Below the pieces are notes generated by a model. That model was not told the DNA's origin. It saw only the letters and a list, made by a program, of their open reading frames with translations, and ran no database searches. 40,394 bases of DNA, from assembly GCA_963693555.1 (NCBI GenBank), contig CAVOAA010000003.1, forward strand, positions 1 to 40,394, in the 5' to 3' direction. The stretch's first letter is position 1, and each line of letters opens with the position of its first letter. The position numbers and the translations under genes were made by a program. This document shows positions 37,160 to 40,394 of the stretch, piece by piece. Source of the stretch: Dehalococcoidia bacterium. GTDB taxonomy: Bacteria > Chloroflexota > Dehalococcoidia > Lucifugimonadales > UBA3495.

Positions 37160-38491
37160 TTAGACGCCGGTTATGTTGTAGTGGAGGGCGGTGTGGGTGG
37201 CGGTCGACCGGCTGCCGGAGCGTTCCTGCAGCCCGATCCTAAAGCTGACCACCATGATGTTCTGCCGCTTTTGAGCGTCACGGACAGTCTCGATCGTCAG
37301 CTCGCGTTTGAAGCCGACCCGCCACTGGGAGCGGTTCACGATCAGCAGCCGACCGGTGTTGGTTCCGTTGCCAGCGTCAGTCACCTTGCCGTCGGTATCG
37401 GCCGGGGCCATCTGCTCGGAGACGATCACCGGTATGCCTTCGACCGCGCCGAGTTGCCCGGTGAGCAGGGTAGCCTGGGGGCCGAACTTGTCTAATGTGC
37501 GGAAATTGGACACGCTGAGCGCCCTGATGAACGTGTTCACATCGGTGACGTAGACCGTCTCGGAAGGCCGTACCCCAAACTTGCCCAGCTTGGAACGGAC
37601 CTCATTGAACATGTCATCAGAGACAGCAGCATTGTGGTCGGTGCCCTGGCCGGTGTTGTCCACCAACGGCAGGTGCAAGAGGCCGTCGAATCCCAGAAGC
37701 CACTGTCCCTTGCCGGCGTCGGTGCTGGCGATTGTCGCGCCGTCGGCGTTGATGTTGTTGGTAACCGTGGTGTCGCCGTTCAAGATCACGTCGTCGATGA
37801 CCTCCCGGGCGTTCCGCATCAGGCTCCGGCGCAGCTCCTCCATCATGGCGATCACCGAGTCCTCGTCCAGGTCGTAGGACCAGGGGACTTCGGCCACCAA
37901 TTCGTAGGCGGTCAGCGTTTGGCGGGCGGTGGTCAGGCCGGTGGATTTGGTGGCCACGTTTTCGGTGCCGGGGTACCAGTTCACATCGCCCAGTTGCAGA
38001 GGGATCTGGAACGGATTGCTAGGCATCTGGATCGTATTGAAAAGGGGTGCGACCGAAGTCTCCAGATTGACGTCGTCCCAGAGGGCACGGGCCTCCTGAG
38101 TGTCAACCAACTCGTCTCCCGTGCCGGACGTTGTGGAGTCCATGGCCGCTTTCAGGTTGGACTGCCAGTCCTCCAGCATCCGGGGATTCACTCCGGTGGG
38201 CTCGCGCATCTGGGCGGTAAGCAGGCTGCGGACACAGGCCATGTCCAGGTGGTCCAGGCCGGCATATTTTCCGAAGCCGACCCTGGAGCGGTCGTCGCCG
38301 CCGTAACGGGAAAGCAAGGCCCGTTTTTCTCCGGTCCGCCACATCTCCTGTACCTTGCTCAGTTGGCCGGAGATACGGTCCATCTCTTCCTTAAGAGGTG
38401 GGATCTCCGTGTCGATGCGGGCGTCATAGAACTCTCGTATACCGGACAATTCCCGTTTGATCAGTTCCAAGTCTTGTGCCGCGATAGTCAT
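37160..38491 (-). CDS. HK97-fold phage major capsid protein with an N-terminal coiled-coil scaffold (delta-like) domain
   Basis: KAAMDSTTSGTGDELV (typical start of mature HK97 capsid), I.MPSNP..IP, S.DLDEDS, ID..ILNGD, GQLG.VEGIPVIVSE; follows a prohead protease; ATG 38491 after AAGGAG. Confidence 0.9.
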   Translation of the reverse strand: MTIAAQDLELIKRELSGIREFYDARIDTEIPPLKEEMDRISGQLSKVQEMWRTGEKRALLSRYGGDDRSRVGFGKYAGLDHLDMACVRSLLTAQMREPTGVNPRMLEDWQSNLKAAMDSTTSGTGDELVDTQEARALWDDVNLETSVAPLFNTIQMPSNPFQIPLQLGDVNWYPGTENVATKSTGLTTARQTLTAYELVAEVPWSYDLDEDSVIAMMEELRRSLMRNAREVIDDVILNGDTTVTNNINADGATIASTDAGKGQWLLGFDGLLHLPLVDNTGQGTDHNAAVSDDMFNEVRSKLGKFGVRPSETVYVTDVNTFIRALSVSNFRTLDKFGPQATLLTGQLGAVEGIPVIVSEQMAPADTDGKVTDAGNGTNTGRLLIVNRSQWRVGFKRELTIETVRDAQKRQNIMVVSFRIGLQERSGSRSTATHTALHYNITGV

Positions 38492-38595
38492 ATACAACTC
38501 CTTGGTTTTACTAATGGATGCTAGAGACGATGGTCATGAGTGCTGAGTCCTGGGCGGCGAGCCCTGCTGAGAGCTTTCAGGCTTTTTAAGAAAGG

Positions 38596-39390
38596 TCAGA
38601 TCCGGCCCGAACGGAGGACAGATACCAGGTCTGACACCGGGTCCGAAGCTAAGCCGGCAATCTGCTCAGGCCTTGGCAGTTCCTTGGCGTTGTTCTCCAG
38701 CTCGAACACCGTGTCGGAGATCTCGCTGGCCAGTTTTCCCAGCTCGTCTACCTGTGAAGCCAGCACCGGCCACAGGGCAGCCAGGGTGTTCAGGTCCGGC
38801 TGGTCAGAGCGCCGAAGGGCGTTGCGGTTGGCCGGGACAGGGACTGCGCTAACCTCCAGCAATTCTTGCTCCAGGAAGCGGAGACCCAGGAAGGCGCCGG
38901 TCTTTTCGTCGCGGCGCTCTTCATAGCGCAGGGGCTTGAATCCCACCGAGACGCCCCACTGGAAACCCGACCGGTATAGGGAAGCGATCTCCTGGGCGAA
39001 TTCGGTGGGCGCGAACTGCATGTTGGCCAGCAGCCGGTGCGGCTCCGTCCACAGCTTCGCCGCGCGGCCGATGGCGGGTTGGCGGTAGTCGTGGGCCCAG
39101 AGCAAGACCGGGTTCTCCCGGTAGGAGTCCAACACCCAGCCGTCGGCGGAGATGATGTCTCCGTGCCGATCTACGTCGTCAGTGGAGAGGACGAATGTGA
39201 TCGTCTGCTCCTGTTCCTCACCGGAATGCCCTTTGGCATGGAACTCTTTCAATGGACAAGCGGCGTTAGATTCGACAGAGTTGGTCCATTTTGTGACCAC
39301 GGGCGCCTCGCCCGCGCCACGGCTGAAGGCTTGCAGTGATTGCAACAACAGGCGGCGTTCCCGCCCTGTTTCCTGGGTGCTAGTCGGCAT
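38596..39390 (-). CDS. HK97-family prohead maturation protease
   Basis: ST..VDRHGDII...GW....Y..NPVLLWAH....PAIG, GVSVGF.P, QELLEVSAVPVPAN.NAL (His/Ser/Glu catalytic motifs intact); AAGGAG RBS. Confidence 0.92.
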   Translation of the reverse strand: MPTSTQETGRERRLLLQSLQAFSRGAGEAPVVTKWTNSVESNAACPLKEFHAKGHSGEEQEQTITFVLSTDDVDRHGDIISADGWVLDSYRENPVLLWAHDYRQPAIGRAAKLWTEPHRLLANMQFAPTEFAQEIASLYRSGFQWGVSVGFKPLRYEERRDEKTGAFLGLRFLEQELLEVSAVPVPANRNALRRSDQPDLNTLAALWPVLASQVDELGKLASEISDTVFELENNAKELPRPEQIAGLASDPVSDLVSVLRSGRI

Positions 39391-39464
39391 CTTCTCTCCT
39401 TTTTTTGTTTGGCTTTGATCGGTCGTTTTGGTGTTCCGGTGTTTCCATACTTCCGTGACCGGGC

Positions 39465-39500
39465 AAAAAACAAGGGACAGACCACAAAGGGTCTGTCCCT
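39465..39500 (-). terminator. Intrinsic terminator inside the 5' leader of the capsid operon
   Basis: Minus strand: AGGGACAGACC-ctttgt-GGTCTGTCCCT-TGTTTTTT; no minus-strand gene ends here. Confidence 0.75.
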
Positions 39501-39572
39501 ACGAGCAATTCCATATCCGGCCCAACTGCCGGCCTGCCGATTTAACGCAGACGGTTGTTTAAGCTGGAATTG

Positions 39573-39602
39573 AGTGTAGAAACGCGCTTTCCAGGGTGTC
39601 AA
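39573..39602 (-). promoter_or_regulatory. Sigma70-type promoter facing the capsid operon
   Basis: Minus strand TTGACA-N18-TACACT. Confidence 0.6.
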
Positions 39603-39799
39603 CGCGGGCCTGACATCAGAGAAGAACCACCTATCAAAGGTGACTATGAACCGCGCGGAGAATCTCCGGACACAGTGGTCCGACCAGGTGTTCGACGGCG
39701 TTGACTGGGTAATTCTGTCTGTGTTAGCTTTGTTAATACACAACTGGCGGAAAAACCCGCCAGAAATCTTCCCAGATAGTCTCTCAAGGAGAACAGGCA

Positions 39800-40216
39800 A
39801 TGGAAGTTACTACCCTCGCCATCGAGAAGCTCAAGGAAGTCATGCAAGAACAAGGTGAAACTGACGGGTCGCTGCGCGTAGTCGCGATACCTGCCGAGGC
39901 AGGCGGCCTTCAATATATGCTGACCATGGAAAACGAGACCCAGGCCGATGACACTATCATCGCTAAAGAGGGAGTCAAATTCCTCATGGACTCTGATAGC
40001 GCGCCCTTCCTGGAAGAGGCGACTATCGATTACGTCGAGAACCTGGGCGGACAGGTCGGGTTTGTCATTAACAACCCGATGTTCTCCAGCGCCGGCGGCG
40101 GCTGCGGCGGCGGATGCTCCTGCGGAAGCGGAGGCGGCGGCGGATGTGGCGGCGGCGGCGAAGAAAGCAGCGGCGGTGGATGCGGTTGCGGCAGCGGCGG
40201 TTGCGGCAGCCACTAA
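39800..40216 (+). CDS. HesB/IscA family (A-type Fe-S carrier-like) protein with a Gly/Cys-rich C-terminal tail
   Basis: VT..A..KLKE, LRV......GLQY.L, DD......GV....D..S..FL..ATIDY......GF.I.NP; AAGGAG RBS. Confidence 0.85.
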   Translation: MEVTTLAIEKLKEVMQEQGETDGSLRVVAIPAEAGGLQYMLTMENETQADDTIIAKEGVKFLMDSDSAPFLEEATIDYVENLGGQVGFVINNPMFSSAGGGCGGGCSCGSGGGGGCGGGGEESSGGGCGCGSGGCGSH

Positions 40217-40243
40217 GCCAAAATCGACACAAACCAGAAAAAC

Positions 40244-40276
40244 AAATGGGCCCCGATGAATCGGGGCCCATTTTTT
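40244..40276 (+). terminator. Intrinsic terminator after the iscA-like gene
   Basis: AAATGGGCCCCGA-tgaa-TCGGGGCCCATTT followed by a T-run. Confidence 0.88.
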
Positions 40277-40394
40277 ATTGGAGCAATCTAGACTGCCTTT
40301 TTCTGGATTTGTCTTTTGCAACAGGTGCCCCCGTCCCCCGCAAGCGGGAGAGGGGGTTTTTGAATTCCCTTCATAAATCCATCATCTGAGGTAA

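Noticed and set aside
37160-38491. Classical encapsulin (family 1/2)
   Set aside because: The protein is 443 aa with a long N-terminal scaffold-like domain and has a dedicated prohead protease and connector, which is phage-like rather than a canonical encapsulin operon.
34067-39390. Intact prophage or phage satellite
   Set aside because: No integrase, recognisable att repeats, repressor, replication, terminase, portal or tail genes, and host genes flank both sides.
39465-39572. Known riboswitch class (e.g. c-di-GMP, SAM, TPP) in the capsid leader
   Set aside because: I could not match the conserved core of any class by eye; kept only as an unclassified structured leader.
39249-39800. 183-aa minus-strand ORF upstream of the protease as a possible portal/terminase remnant
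   Set aside because: No portal or terminase features; it spans the promoter and terminator and overlaps the protease gene in another frame.

Overview
GC-rich bacterial chromosomal window. The gene content and the Thr/Pro-rich lipoprotein solute-binding proteins suggest Chloroflexota (Dehalococcoidia/SAR202-like); this is inference only. In order: the 3' part of a large SF1 helicase-Vsr-like nuclease-DUF3320 gene (Hhe-like), plsY, ilvE, comEA and a frameshifted comEC, rph, an HtrA lipoprotein, an M16 peptidase and a PPOX-type flavoprotein. Next is a late-step cobalamin cluster (cbiA-cobO-cobT-cobS-cbiB-cobD). Divergent from it is an unannotated UGA-readthrough selenoprotein (PrdB/GrdB-like, UxxC, with a SECIS-like hairpin) coupled to a VOC protein. 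Then come an MBL hydrolase, a penicillin-acylase family enzyme, a degenerate PncC/CinA, tlyA, an enoyl-CoA hydratase and a peptide/nickel-type ABC locus with two paralogous binding proteins. The most striking feature is a stand-alone 5.3 kb HK97 head module at 34067-39390: prohead protease, major capsid protein, four small beta-rich accessory proteins, a holin-like protein and a head-tail connector. It has no terminase, portal, tail, integrase or replication genes. It has its own sigma70-type promoter, a terminator within the leader and a repeat-rich distal flank. It is a candidate domesticated (GTA-like or nanocompartment) system. An atypical IscA/HesB protein with a Gly/Cys-rich tail ends the window.
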